A stretch of 64,000 bases of DNA from Anaerolineae bacterium (GTDB lineage Bacteria > Chloroflexota > Anaerolineae > Aggregatilineales > Phototrophicaceae). The stretch spans positions 99,326 to 163,325 of the forward strand of contig DAOUKU010000065.1 of the NCBI GenBank assembly GCA_034420985.1, given 5' to 3'. A model generated the notes under the pieces. The model ran no database searches and was not told the origin of the DNA. It was given only the letters and a program-made list of their open reading frames with translations. Shown in pieces: positions 1 to 8,654 of the stretch. Made by a program: the position numbers and the translations under genes. Within the stretch, counting starts at the first letter, position 1. The number at the start of each line of letters is the position of its first letter.

Positions 1-449
1 TCGGTCTCGGTTCGGGCTTCCTCATCGACTTCGACTTCACGCATGCCCAGCACAGCTTCCAGGAGATCATTGATGGCGGCTGGTATAGTCATCACGACCC
101 GCAGGGCGATTGGTACTACGGCGGCGACATCAGCGTGCATCCTGAGTTTCGGCGGCGCGGCGTCGGCTCGCGATTGTATGCGGCGCGCAAAGGCATCGTA
201 CAGCGGCTAAACCGGCGTGGCATCGTGGCTGGAGGCTTAATCCCTGGCTACGCGGCACACAAACCAGACATGACGGCGCCGGAATATGTCGACAAAGTGG
301 TGGCGGGCAAGCTGCGCGACAACACGCTGTCCTTCCAGCTGGGGCAGGGTTTTGAAGTGCGCGGTCTGCTGCGCGACTATATCGAGGATGAAGCCAGCGA
401 CAACTGGGCGACGCTGATCGTCTGGGAAAATCCCGACTATCGCGGGTAG
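1..449 (+). CDS. GNAT-family N-acetyltransferase, C-terminal part (5' end outside window)
   Basis: The frame is open from the window edge (GLGSGFLIDFDF...). It has an RRRGVGSRLY acetyl-CoA-loop-like motif. The C-terminus TLIVWENPDYRG parallels the paralog at 6477..7376 (VLIVWENPQYEA). Confidence 0.75.
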   Translation, partial: GLGSGFLIDFDFTHAQHSFQEIIDGGWYSHHDPQGDWYYGGDISVHPEFRRRGVGSRLYAARKGIVQRLNRRGIVAGGLIPGYAAHKPDMTAPEYVDKVVAGKLRDNTLSFQLGQGFEVRGLLRDYIEDEASDNWATLIVWENPDYRG

Positions 450-460
450 CCAAAGAGCCC

Positions 461-509
461 GTCTACCCTTCCCCCGGTCCCTCCCCGTGTCAACGGGGAG
501 GGGTAGACA
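461..509. repeat. Intergenic hairpin repeat, family B
   Basis: gtctacccttcccccggtccctccccgtgtcaacggggaggggtagac. Inner 9-bp stem ccctccccg/cggggaggg, flanked by gtctac/gtagac arms. Confidence 0.7.
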
Positions 510-528
510 CAACGGGAGCGTGGGAGGG

Positions 529-924
529 CTAACGCGCTTGTCGCTGCCAGATCATGCGTGCCGCCAGCAGAATCCCCGCGACATTGGCGCCCAGGTCTAG
601 CCAGGAGAAATGGCGATCGGGCGTGAAGCTCTGCGCCAGTTCTGTGCAGCCGCCCAGCGCCAGCGAGATGATGACAGCCGTCAATACACTGTGATGCGTT
701 CTCATCTTTGGCGACAGCGCCCAGTTCCAAATGCCGCATGTCACTGCAAACGCGACCAGGTGCACGGCGCTGAATGCCAACTCGCGCGCCAGGGTGTTGT
801 CGCCATCGGGGATGCCCAAATCCAGCACGGGATCCACTTCCGGTTGCAACAGCAGCAGACAAAGCAGCGCCGTCCAAGCCAGCGCCAGACAGCCGCGCAG
901 CAATAGCGACAGCCAACTAGCCAT
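529..924 (-). CDS. VanZ-like membrane protein
   Basis: 131 aa with about 4 hydrophobic segments and a VanZ-type C-terminal motif (CTELAQSFTPDRHFSWLDLGANVAG). Its start overlaps the upstream rdhA-like stop by 8 nt. Confidence 0.7.
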   Translation of the reverse strand: MASWLSLLLRGCLALAWTALLCLLLLQPEVDPVLDLGIPDGDNTLARELAFSAVHLVAFAVTCGIWNWALSPKMRTHHSVLTAVIISLALGGCTELAQSFTPDRHFSWLDLGANVAGILLAARMIWQRQAR

Positions 925-2236
925 CTGCGATCCGCCGCCACCACCAGCCAGCGGTTTTGCGCCCGCCGTATTTCAATTTCTCATCCAGCCACAGCGCCAA
1001 CCGCCGCCAGCGATTGCTCAGCATCCAGCGCAGCAGCCGATTAAAAGGCTTGGAGAAATCTTTGTTGTAGGGGCAAACGCGGATGCAAATCGAACAATCT
1101 GTGCCCTGATTCGCCCAAAACTGGAAGCAACGCCTGGCGTCAATCGTCCATTTGCGCACGCCTCTCAGGTGAGAGATCTCGTCGGGCGTTTTGTATTTTG
1201 GCGCGTCAAAGGGGATCGCCTTGACTGGGCAACCCGCGCTGCATTTCTGGCAGATATTGCAGGTTTCCGTAACGCCGAAGTCGATGGGCTGGTCGGCGAC
1301 CAGCGGCAAATCTGTGAAGACCTTGGCGATGCGCACGCGCGGTCCAAATTGCGGCGTGATCAACAGGCCGTGGCGGCCATATTGCCCCAAGCCGGCTTGT
1401 ATCGCCAGCGGGATGGACAGCGCTGTGTCGTTGAGGCTGGCGATAGCGCGGTAGCCCAGATTGCGGATGTATTGTGCCAAGGAAAGCGCGCCGATGATGT
1501 CGCGGCTGTAGCCTTGACCGGTGGCTGCGCCGCTCAAAGCCGACGGCACGGTGCGAATCGTCTCGTGATCCATCTCGTTGACGATGATGACCACATGCGT
1601 CAAATCGTCGGGCAAGTCTATGGGCTTGTCGCGCAGCTGTTGGCGGCTATAGTTATGCGTGTAAACCCAGCGCTCGTCAAAATCGCAGATGCCCACTTCG
1701 TCGCAGCCCAGGAATTTGGCAGCGCGCTTGAGTTCGGCGCTGTGCTGCTCGGGCGCCGCCTCCAGCTTGCGCGTGGCGCCTTCGCGGAACATGGTGTAGC
1801 TGTCCAGGAAGCCTTCCTTGCGGTCGTCGGACATTTCCAGCAGGTCGGCGGTGAAATCAGCGATATACCAAGCGGCGTTGCGCAGGGCGTAATCGCGATG
1901 CTGGAAGCCCTCGACTTTGCGGAATTGCGCCAGGTCGGTGAAATAGGATTCGAAGAATCTGCGCGCCCGGTCGCTGCGCACCCCCTCGTCCCAGACCGCG
2001 CGGTTGAACATGTCGTATTTCTGGTTGAAACGCTCGAACTCGTCCGTTACCTGGAAACCGGTCAAGCTGTCGACGGGCTTCTTGCAGCTGCAGGACTGGC
2101 AGCCGCATGCACCGCGTCCATTTGTCGCTGCGGAGATTGTGGCGGGCTTTTGCGCTTCCATAGTGTCTATATCGTAATCGATAGACGCAGACCGCGCCAT
2201 GATTTCGTCGGCAAGGCTCGCGGCAGCGCGTGGCAT
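917..2236 (-). CDS. Reductive dehalogenase (RdhA) family protein, no TAT signal
   Basis: Two ferredoxin-type Cys motifs (CNICQKCSAGCP and CFQFWANQGTDCSICIRVCP). RdhA-like core (VIIVNEMDHE, GLGQYGRHGLLITPQFGPRVRIAKVFTDLPL). No RRxFLK twin-arginine motif at the N-terminus. Confidence 0.8.
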   Translation of the reverse strand: MPRAAASLADEIMARSASIDYDIDTMEAQKPATISAATNGRGACGCQSCSCKKPVDSLTGFQVTDEFERFNQKYDMFNRAVWDEGVRSDRARRFFESYFTDLAQFRKVEGFQHRDYALRNAAWYIADFTADLLEMSDDRKEGFLDSYTMFREGATRKLEAAPEQHSAELKRAAKFLGCDEVGICDFDERWVYTHNYSRQQLRDKPIDLPDDLTHVVIIVNEMDHETIRTVPSALSGAATGQGYSRDIIGALSLAQYIRNLGYRAIASLNDTALSIPLAIQAGLGQYGRHGLLITPQFGPRVRIAKVFTDLPLVADQPIDFGVTETCNICQKCSAGCPVKAIPFDAPKYKTPDEISHLRGVRKWTIDARRCFQFWANQGTDCSICIRVCPYNKDFSKPFNRLLRWMLSNRWRRLALWLDEKLKYGGRKTAGWWWRRIADG

Positions 2237-2261
2237 GGCTATATATACGATGCAGCGCCGG

Positions 2262-3377
2262 TCAGCGGTTCAGCGCCGTTGTGCTGGATTCCTGCCAACT
2301 CACCGTGACTTCCTGCCCGGTTATGAAGCCGGAATCGGGCTGTTCATCGACATTCTGCAGGCGAGCCACCAGCTCAACTGTCTCGCCAATCCGCAGTGTG
2401 TAACGCGTGTCCGTGCCGATGTACTGACTATCGACCAGGGTTGCTGTCATGGTAGTCGTCATTGGCGGGGCGGGTTTGCCGTCGGGGGGCAGAATGGCAA
2501 TGCGCTCGGGACGGATGGTGACCAGCACTGCGCCATCGCCCTCGGTCAACGACGCTGCCAGTTGCACGCGGATAACCTGATCGTTCATCAGCCTGACTAG
2601 CCCGTAGCCGCCGGGTTCGCGCTCCAGCAGCATGCCGTCTATGAAGTTGGTCTCGCCAATGAAATCGGCGACGAAGTGACTGTCTGGGCGCTCGTAGATC
2701 TCTTTGGGCGTACCGACCTGCAGCATCTCGCCATTGTTCATCACAGCGATGCGGTCAGCCATGGTAATGGCTTCTTCCTGGTCATGCGTCACATAGATAA
2801 AGGTGATGCCCACATCGCGTTGCAGGGCTTTCAGTTCGACCTGCATATTCTTGCGCAGCTTGAGATCCAGCGCGCCCAGCGGCTCATCCAACAGCAGGAC
2901 AGCCGGCTGTTTGACCAGCGCCCGCGCCAGCGCCACCCGCTGCTGCTGTCCGCCGGATAGCTGATGCGGCTTGCGTTTGCCCACGCCCGGCAACCGCACC
3001 AACTCCAGCGCATCCAGCGCTCGCTCCAGCGCCTCTTTTTTGGCGACGCCTTCCATCTGCAAGCCGAACATGATGTTCTGCTCGACGGTCAGATGGGGGA
3101 AGAGCGCGTAATCCTGGAAGACGGTGTTGACGGGGCGATGGTAAGCCGGGATGCCCTCCATCGCCCGCCCGCGGATCAGCACGCGCCCGGCCGTCGGCTG
3201 TTCAAAACCGGCGATCAGGCGCAGCGTGGTCGTCTTCCCGCAGCCGCTGGGACCCAGCAGCGCGAAGAATTCGCCGTCGGCAATCTGCACGCTGACATGA
3301 TCCACCGCCCGCACGCGACCCCCGCCCGATTCAAAATCTTTGACGATGTCGATGAGTTCGACATCAAAGCTGGACAT
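2262..3377 (-). CDS. potA: Spermidine/putrescine ABC transporter ATP-binding protein
   Basis: Walker A GPSGCGKTT, signature LSGGQQQRVALARA, Walker B LLLDEP, and a PotA-like LGALDLKLRKNMQVELK...VTHDQEEA block. Confidence 0.9.
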   Translation of the reverse strand: MSSFDVELIDIVKDFESGGGRVRAVDHVSVQIADGEFFALLGPSGCGKTTTLRLIAGFEQPTAGRVLIRGRAMEGIPAYHRPVNTVFQDYALFPHLTVEQNIMFGLQMEGVAKKEALERALDALELVRLPGVGKRKPHQLSGGQQQRVALARALVKQPAVLLLDEPLGALDLKLRKNMQVELKALQRDVGITFIYVTHDQEEAITMADRIAVMNNGEMLQVGTPKEIYERPDSHFVADFIGETNFIDGMLLEREPGGYGLVRLMNDQVIRVQLAASLTEGDGAVLVTIRPERIAILPPDGKPAPPMTTTMTATLVDSQYIGTDTRYTLRIGETVELVARLQNVDEQPDSGFITGQEVTVSWQESSTTALNR

Positions 3378-3481
3378 GGACTGTCTACCCCCCTCAATCC
3401 TCTCGAATCATCGGAGGGAAGGTTTTGCCGACGAATGTCACGGTTTTCGCAATCCCGGACCGAAATCCCAAATCCGTCGAT

Positions 3482-3526
3482 GTTAGCTCCCCTCCCCGTT
3501 GATATGGGGAGGGGTAGGGGTAGACC
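3482..3526. repeat. Intergenic hairpin repeat, family B (opposite orientation)
   Basis: gttagctcccctccccgttgatatggggaggggtaggggtagac. Its reverse complement aligns with the copy at 29734. Confidence 0.7.
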
Positions 3527-3528
3527 AA

Positions 3529-4605
3529 CTACGCGCCCAGGAAAATCAGCAATTCGTCCCAGGCGTCGTTGATAAGCTGCTCAGCCTCGGCGCCTTTGTC
3601 GATGATGACGAACAGGCTCGCCATCTGGTCGGCCGGCGGGAAGACCGTCGGGTCATTGAGGATCTCTTCGTCAATATAACCCGAGTCGATAGCGGCTTGG
3701 TTTGGCGAGGCGTACCAGATGTAATTCGTCAGGTCCGCGCCGACTTTGGCGTCCAGGATGTAATCCATAAACACCATCGCCAGCTCGGGGTTGGGCGCAT
3801 CTACGGGGATGGCCATATTGTCGAACCAGACATTGCCCACGCCGCCCGGCAAGGTATAGGCGTAGTCCTCGCATTCGCAATCCCACAGAATCTGCGAAAT
3901 GTCGCCGCTGTACTCGACCGCGATATCGACCTCGCCGCGCTCCAGCAGCACCTGCCCGTCATCGGCAGCGACCGTCACGACATTGCCGCCGCGCTCAATG
4001 AGGAAGTCTCGCGCCTCGTTGATTTCGCCGCCGTCGGTCGTGTTGGGGTCATAGCCCAAGATGGTCAGCGCGATGCCGAACATTGAGTCGCGGTCGTCAA
4101 TCCAGGCGACATTGCCCTCATAGCCCCAAATGTCGTCCCAACTGCTGATGCCATCGGGGAAGGCATCGACGTGATAACCAACGCCCAAGGTGCCCCACTG
4201 ATAGGGCAGGGAATACATATTGTCGGGATCGAAAGCGGGCGACAGGAAGTCTTCGATGACATTGGCGACATTGGGAATCATATCCAAGTCCAGCGGTATC
4301 AGCAGCATTTCTTCCGCCATACGTTGGACCGTACCGCCACTAGGCACGACAAGGTCATAGCCCGGGTTGCCCTGGCGGATGCGCGCCAACATGGCTTCGT
4401 TGCTTTCGTAGATGTCGTAATTGACGGTGACGCCGCAAGCCGCTTCGAAATTGGGCACGGTGTCTTCAGCGATATAGGTCGACCAATTGAAGATGCTCAA
4501 AGTCTGCCCTTCATAACCTTCCGGGCAGCTCCAGGCTTCCATGTCGTCGGCGGCAAGGGGCACAGCCAGCAATAGAACCATGATAAGTATCAATATGCGT
4601 TTCAT
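3529..4605 (-). CDS. potD: Spermidine/putrescine ABC transporter substrate-binding protein
   Basis: N-terminal signal-like segment (MKRILILIMVLLLAVPLAA) and a PotD/PotF-type body (LSIFNWSTYIAEDTVPNFE...). It lies between the permease genes and potA. Confidence 0.85.
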   Translation of the reverse strand: MKRILILIMVLLLAVPLAADDMEAWSCPEGYEGQTLSIFNWSTYIAEDTVPNFEAACGVTVNYDIYESNEAMLARIRQGNPGYDLVVPSGGTVQRMAEEMLLIPLDLDMIPNVANVIEDFLSPAFDPDNMYSLPYQWGTLGVGYHVDAFPDGISSWDDIWGYEGNVAWIDDRDSMFGIALTILGYDPNTTDGGEINEARDFLIERGGNVVTVAADDGQVLLERGEVDIAVEYSGDISQILWDCECEDYAYTLPGGVGNVWFDNMAIPVDAPNPELAMVFMDYILDAKVGADLTNYIWYASPNQAAIDSGYIDEEILNDPTVFPPADQMASLFVIIDKGAEAEQLINDAWDELLIFLGA

Positions 4606-4636
4606 CGGTCTCCTCCTGAATGATTGCGAATATGAA

Positions 4637-5536
4637 CTAGCCGTGGGAAGCGCTGCGCCCCTGCATGGCTAGCGAAATGCCTATCAATAGCGTACTTAAT
4701 AGCATCATAATTGTCGAGATGGCGTTGACCTCCGGCGTTACGGTCAGTTTCAGCAAGCCATAGACGAAGACGGGCAGGGTGGTCGTGCCCACGCCAGAGG
4801 TGAAAAATGTGATGACGAAGTCGTCCAGCGACAGCGTGAAAGCCAGCAGCGCGCCGGCAATGACGCCCGGCAATATCAACGGGAAGGTCACGCGCCAAAA
4901 AGTCTGCCAGGGGTTGGCGCCCAGGTCCTTGGCGGCTTCTTCCAAGGTCGGATCCATATCCGCCAGCCGCGCTCGCACCACAATCGCCACATAGGAAATG
5001 TTGAAGGTCACATGCGCCATGATGATGGTATGGAAGCCCGGGAAGACGCGCTCGCCACTCAGCAGATGAATCCAATCGAATGCCACCTTGAAAAAGATCG
5101 CCAGCGAGATGGCTTGCGTGATTTCGGGGATGACGACCGGCAGAAAGAGCAAACCATCCAGCAGACGTTTGCCGGGAAATTTGCCGCGCGCCATCGCCAG
5201 CGCGATCATCGTGCCCAGCACCGTGGCGATGGCTGTCGCCAAGGTCCCCACGAACAGGCTGTTGCGGAAGGCGTTGAGCATGATCTCGGTGGAGAAGGCG
5301 CTCTCCGCCCCCACCACATTGTTGAGGATATTGCTGTACCACTTCAGTGTGAAGCCGGTGAAAGAGGCCACTGACTTGCTCTGGTTGAAAGAGAAGAGCA
5401 CCAGCACCAGAATCGGCGCCCACAGAAAGAAGTAGGAAAAGGCCGGATTCAGCCACAGCCCCAGCTTGCCCAGCTGCCGGATGCGCAGGTTGCGCGCCAG
5501 CGCCCCTTCGTTGATCAGGCTCTGCGCCGCCATCAT
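4637..5536 (-). CDS. potC: Spermidine/putrescine ABC transporter permease
   Basis: Six-TM permease with an EAA loop (EEAAKDLGANPWQTFWRVTFPLILPG). 4-nt overlap with potB. Confidence 0.85.
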   Translation of the reverse strand: MMAAQSLINEGALARNLRIRQLGKLGLWLNPAFSYFFLWAPILVLVLFSFNQSKSVASFTGFTLKWYSNILNNVVGAESAFSTEIMLNAFRNSLFVGTLATAIATVLGTMIALAMARGKFPGKRLLDGLLFLPVVIPEITQAISLAIFFKVAFDWIHLLSGERVFPGFHTIIMAHVTFNISYVAIVVRARLADMDPTLEEAAKDLGANPWQTFWRVTFPLILPGVIAGALLAFTLSLDDFVITFFTSGVGTTTLPVFVYGLLKLTVTPEVNAISTIMMLLSTLLIGISLAMQGRSASHG

Positions 5537-6441
5537 GCGCCTTCCTGACGACGATTGCCGAAGACATACACCAGCAGTGAAATCATCACCACGCCCATCA
5601 TCACGATGGAAAGCGCCGAGCCCAAGGGCATGTTGCCCGAGCCGCCGAACTGGTTGTTGATCAAGTTGCCGATCATCAGCCCCTTGGTGCCGCCCAGCAG
5701 GTCGGGCGTGACGAAAGCGCCCACCGACGGGATGAAGACCAATGCGCAGCCCGCCAGCACGCCCGGCATGGTCAAGGGCAGCACGACCCGCAAGAACGCG
5801 CGGACCTCGTTGGCGCCCAGATCATGCGCGGCATCCACAAAGCGAAAGTTGAAACGCTCCACAGATGCGAATATGGGCAGCACCATGAAGGGTAGGAAGC
5901 CATATATCAAACCAACCAGCACGGCGAATTGTGTATTTAGCAGCTGCAGCGGCTCGCTAATCACCCCCAGCCAGCGCAAGAGGCCGTTTATCGTGCCTTC
6001 GTCGCCCAGCAGGATGCGCCAAGCATAGGTGCGGATGAGGAAGTTCGTCCAAAAGGGCAGGATGACCAGAAAGAGCGTGATTTGCTGCACAATGCGCCGC
6101 CGGCGCGTGCTGATGAAAAAAGCCAGCGGATAGCCCACCAGCAGACAAATGACCGTCGTCAAGCCAGCCAGCCCAATCGACCGCCACAAAATGATCGAAA
6201 AGATGCCAAAGGTGCGTTCATAATGCTGCAGGGTCAGCGGCATCTGCGCCACGCCGCCACGCCCCCGCGACATCAAACTGACGACCAGCACAATCACCAG
6301 CGGCAGCACAAAAAAGACCAGCAACCACGCGACAGTCGGCAGCGCCAAAAGCGAGCCGTTCTTCTGTGAGCGCCGAAACCACCTGGACACGAAAAAGGTA
6401 CCGCCTTGCCGCCAGCGACTTGCTCTAGCCACCCCCCGCAT
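5533..6441 (-). CDS. potB: Spermidine/putrescine ABC transporter permease
   Basis: Permease with an EAA loop (DAAHDLGANEVRAFLRVVLPLTMPGVLAG). First gene of the minus-strand pot run. Confidence 0.85.
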   Translation of the reverse strand: MRGVARASRWRQGGTFFVSRWFRRSQKNGSLLALPTVAWLLVFFVLPLVIVLVVSLMSRGRGGVAQMPLTLQHYERTFGIFSIILWRSIGLAGLTTVICLLVGYPLAFFISTRRRRIVQQITLFLVILPFWTNFLIRTYAWRILLGDEGTINGLLRWLGVISEPLQLLNTQFAVLVGLIYGFLPFMVLPIFASVERFNFRFVDAAHDLGANEVRAFLRVVLPLTMPGVLAGCALVFIPSVGAFVTPDLLGGTKGLMIGNLINNQFGGSGNMPLGSALSIVMMGVVMISLLVYVFGNRRQEGA

Positions 6442-6476
6442 AGTAACTTATTCTAGGGGCGAATGCCACGCATCCA

Positions 6477-7376
6477 ATGCGACAGCCAGAACGGACGCTA
6501 CCCATGTCAAAACGCGAAACAGATAAGTCAGCGCTCAAGCAAGCCCTCGACAGCGACTGGCCCCAAATCCAGAAGCATCTGCTTAAAAAAGCGGCTGAAG
6601 AAGCCGGGCGGGACGACCCCTACGAGCCATATTGGACGACCAAGGCAGACGGCACGCGGGTGCTGAATTTGAGTTTGGACAGCTGGTGGCTGGAAAATTA
6701 TGACGAGAAAGATGTCATCCTGCATGTGAACGGCGTCGCCATTATGAATACCCAACATTGGCACGCCAACTCGGTGGTCGTCACTTTTCGAGACGCCTAC
6801 GGAATCCAGCGCGACGATACATCTGACGACTGCTTCACCAAAGACGACATCCTGGCGCAGATAGCGCGCTTCCCGCAGGGGCAGTTCGCGGCCATGCGCA
6901 CGAGCGGGCCTGCCGCAGGGAACGCTGTCGGGATGGCGATCACCATGCGCACATCGCGTCCGCCCACCGCGCCCATATTGTCTTGGCTCGAGGCGATCGG
7001 TGATTTGCGAATCGCCCATCACGAAGCCGACGGCGACTGGCTCTATGGTGTGGAGATGGCGGTTCATACCGGGTATCGTCGCAAGGGCATTGGCACGGGG
7101 CTGTACAAGGCGCGCTTCCAGATGGCGCGAGATTTGAACCTGCGCGGCTGGTACGCGGTCGGCATGCTCATGGGATACAAAGATCATGCCGACGCCATGG
7201 ATGTGGTCGAATATGGCGAGAGGGTCATCGCTGGCGAACTGGTTGATCCGACCGTGACCATGCAGATGAATCGCGGCTTTCTGGCCAAGCGAGTGGTGAC
7301 GAACTATTGCGAAGAGGCTTCTGCGGCGGATGCAGGCGTACTGATCGTCTGGGAAAATCCGCAATATGAGGCCTAG
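6477..7376 (+). CDS. GNAT-family N-acetyltransferase with an uncharacterised N-terminal region of about 160 aa
   Basis: C-terminal GNAT core (VEMAVHTGYRRKGIGTGLYKARF). Paralog of the truncated ORF at 1..449. The start is uncertain; an alternative ATG lies at 6504. Confidence 0.75.
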   Translation: MRQPERTLPMSKRETDKSALKQALDSDWPQIQKHLLKKAAEEAGRDDPYEPYWTTKADGTRVLNLSLDSWWLENYDEKDVILHVNGVAIMNTQHWHANSVVVTFRDAYGIQRDDTSDDCFTKDDILAQIARFPQGQFAAMRTSGPAAGNAVGMAITMRTSRPPTAPILSWLEAIGDLRIAHHEADGDWLYGVEMAVHTGYRRKGIGTGLYKARFQMARDLNLRGWYAVGMLMGYKDHADAMDVVEYGERVIAGELVDPTVTMQMNRGFLAKRVVTNYCEEASAADAGVLIVWENPQYEA

Positions 7377-7385
7377 GGCGCGCGT

Positions 7386-8654
7386 ATGAATGTTTTGGTC
7401 ATAGGCGCAGGCATAGCCGGTCTGTCGGCGGCCTGGCATCTGTCCCAAACGGGGATAGAAACAACTGTGCTGGAAGCGCGCGATCGCATCGGCGGGCGGG
7501 TCTGGACCAGCCGCGACTTTGCTGATATCCCCGTCGAATTCGGTGCGGAGCTGATCCACGGGCGCGGGCCCGAAGTCAACACCTGGGCATGGATTCGCAA
7601 GCTGAATCTGCGTACCTGGCACTGGAACAAACTGGACGACTCGATGATTCGCACGGAAGAGGGCGACTGGCTGACCATGGGCGAGGCGCGGGCGAACTCC
7701 CCCGAGCTGGATGCCACGCGCTCTTGGGAGCTGGGCGATGTGGCGCTGCCGCGCGATGACGAAGACCTGGGCAGCTACTTGCGGCGCATCGGCTTCAGCG
7801 ACGCCCAACTGCGCTATGTCCAACGCTCCTTCGCCAATGCGGAAGGCGAATCCATGCGTTATCTCAACGCCAAGGCACATGCCCAACTCTTCCATGACAG
7901 CGATTCAGCAGGCGACTACAGCGATCACCGCATCCTGGATGGCTACGATGCCTACTACAGGCAGTTAGCTTCCGGGTTGGATATCCGCCTCAACACGGTC
8001 GTCAGCCAAATTGACTGGTCGGATGGTATCCAGGCGCTTACAGAATCGGGCGCTGTATATATTGCTGACGCCGCGGTGATAACGTTGCCCCTGGGTGTGA
8101 TGCAAGCTGGGCGTGTGCAATTTGCGGCGGCGCTGCCACGGCACAAGCAAGAAGCGCTGGCGGGCTTGCGCATGGGACCGGTCATGAAGCTGGTCTATCA
8201 ATTTGACGCGCACATTCTCGACCCGAAAATCGGCGCTATCTACGCGGCGGGCAGCCCGCCCATGTGGTGGTCGCCATCGCTGGGCAGGCAGAGCGGCGCG
8301 GTGGTTTGGACGGCATTTGCCACCGGCGATTATGCGCGGGAATTGCTGCAACTGGGCGAAGCGGCGGCGCTGGAAAAAGGCTTGGCGACGCTGCGCGCGG
8401 AAATCGGGCAGCCCGACCTGCAAGCGACAAAAGCGCGTTGGGTGGCTTGGCCGTGTGACGAATTTGCCCTGGGTGGCTACAGCGCTTGCCTGCCCGGTCA
8501 TTATGACGCGCGCGACAAACTGGCGCGACCGACGCCACCGCTATACTGGGCGGGTGAAGCCAGCGCGCCGCATCACTTGACGGCGACCGTGCATGGCGCT
8601 TTCTTCACTGGGCAGCGCGCGGCAAAGGAAATCGGCACGGGGGCGCAAGCATGA
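7386..8654 (+). CDS. FAD-dependent amine oxidase (polyamine/monoamine oxidase family)
   Basis: N-terminal dinucleotide fold VLVIGAGIAGLSAAWHL...LEARDRIGGRV. C-terminal flavin amine oxidase motif LYWAGEASAPHHLTATVHGAFFTG. Confidence 0.85.
   Translation: MNVLVIGAGIAGLSAAWHLSQTGIETTVLEARDRIGGRVWTSRDFADIPVEFGAELIHGRGPEVNTWAWIRKLNLRTWHWNKLDDSMIRTEEGDWLTMGEARANSPELDATRSWELGDVALPRDDEDLGSYLRRIGFSDAQLRYVQRSFANAEGESMRYLNAKAHAQLFHDSDSAGDYSDHRILDGYDAYYRQLASGLDIRLNTVVSQIDWSDGIQALTESGAVYIADAAVITLPLGVMQAGRVQFAAALPRHKQEALAGLRMGPVMKLVYQFDAHILDPKIGAIYAAGSPPMWWSPSLGRQSGAVVWTAFATGDYARELLQLGEAAALEKGLATLRAEIGQPDLQATKARWVAWPCDEFALGGYSACLPGHYDARDKLARPTPPLYWAGEASAPHHLTATVHGAFFTGQRAAKEIGTGAQA

Noticed and set aside
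731-2308. 525-aa plus-strand ORF covering the rdhA-like gene region
   Set aside because: It lies entirely antisense to a gene with clear family motifs. Its product is an Arg/Ala/Gly-rich low-complexity sequence typical of shadow ORFs in high-GC DNA, with no recognisable domain.
4602-5567. 321-aa minus-strand ORF in an alternative frame of potC
   Set aside because: It is on the same strand but out of frame with a permease that shows the EAA loop and six TM segments. Its product is a G/A/R-rich sequence.
6528-7895. 455-aa minus-strand ORF across the GNAT and amine oxidase genes
   Set aside because: It is a shadow ORF antisense to two genes with strong motifs, spans their intergenic gap, and has an R/G/P-rich composition.
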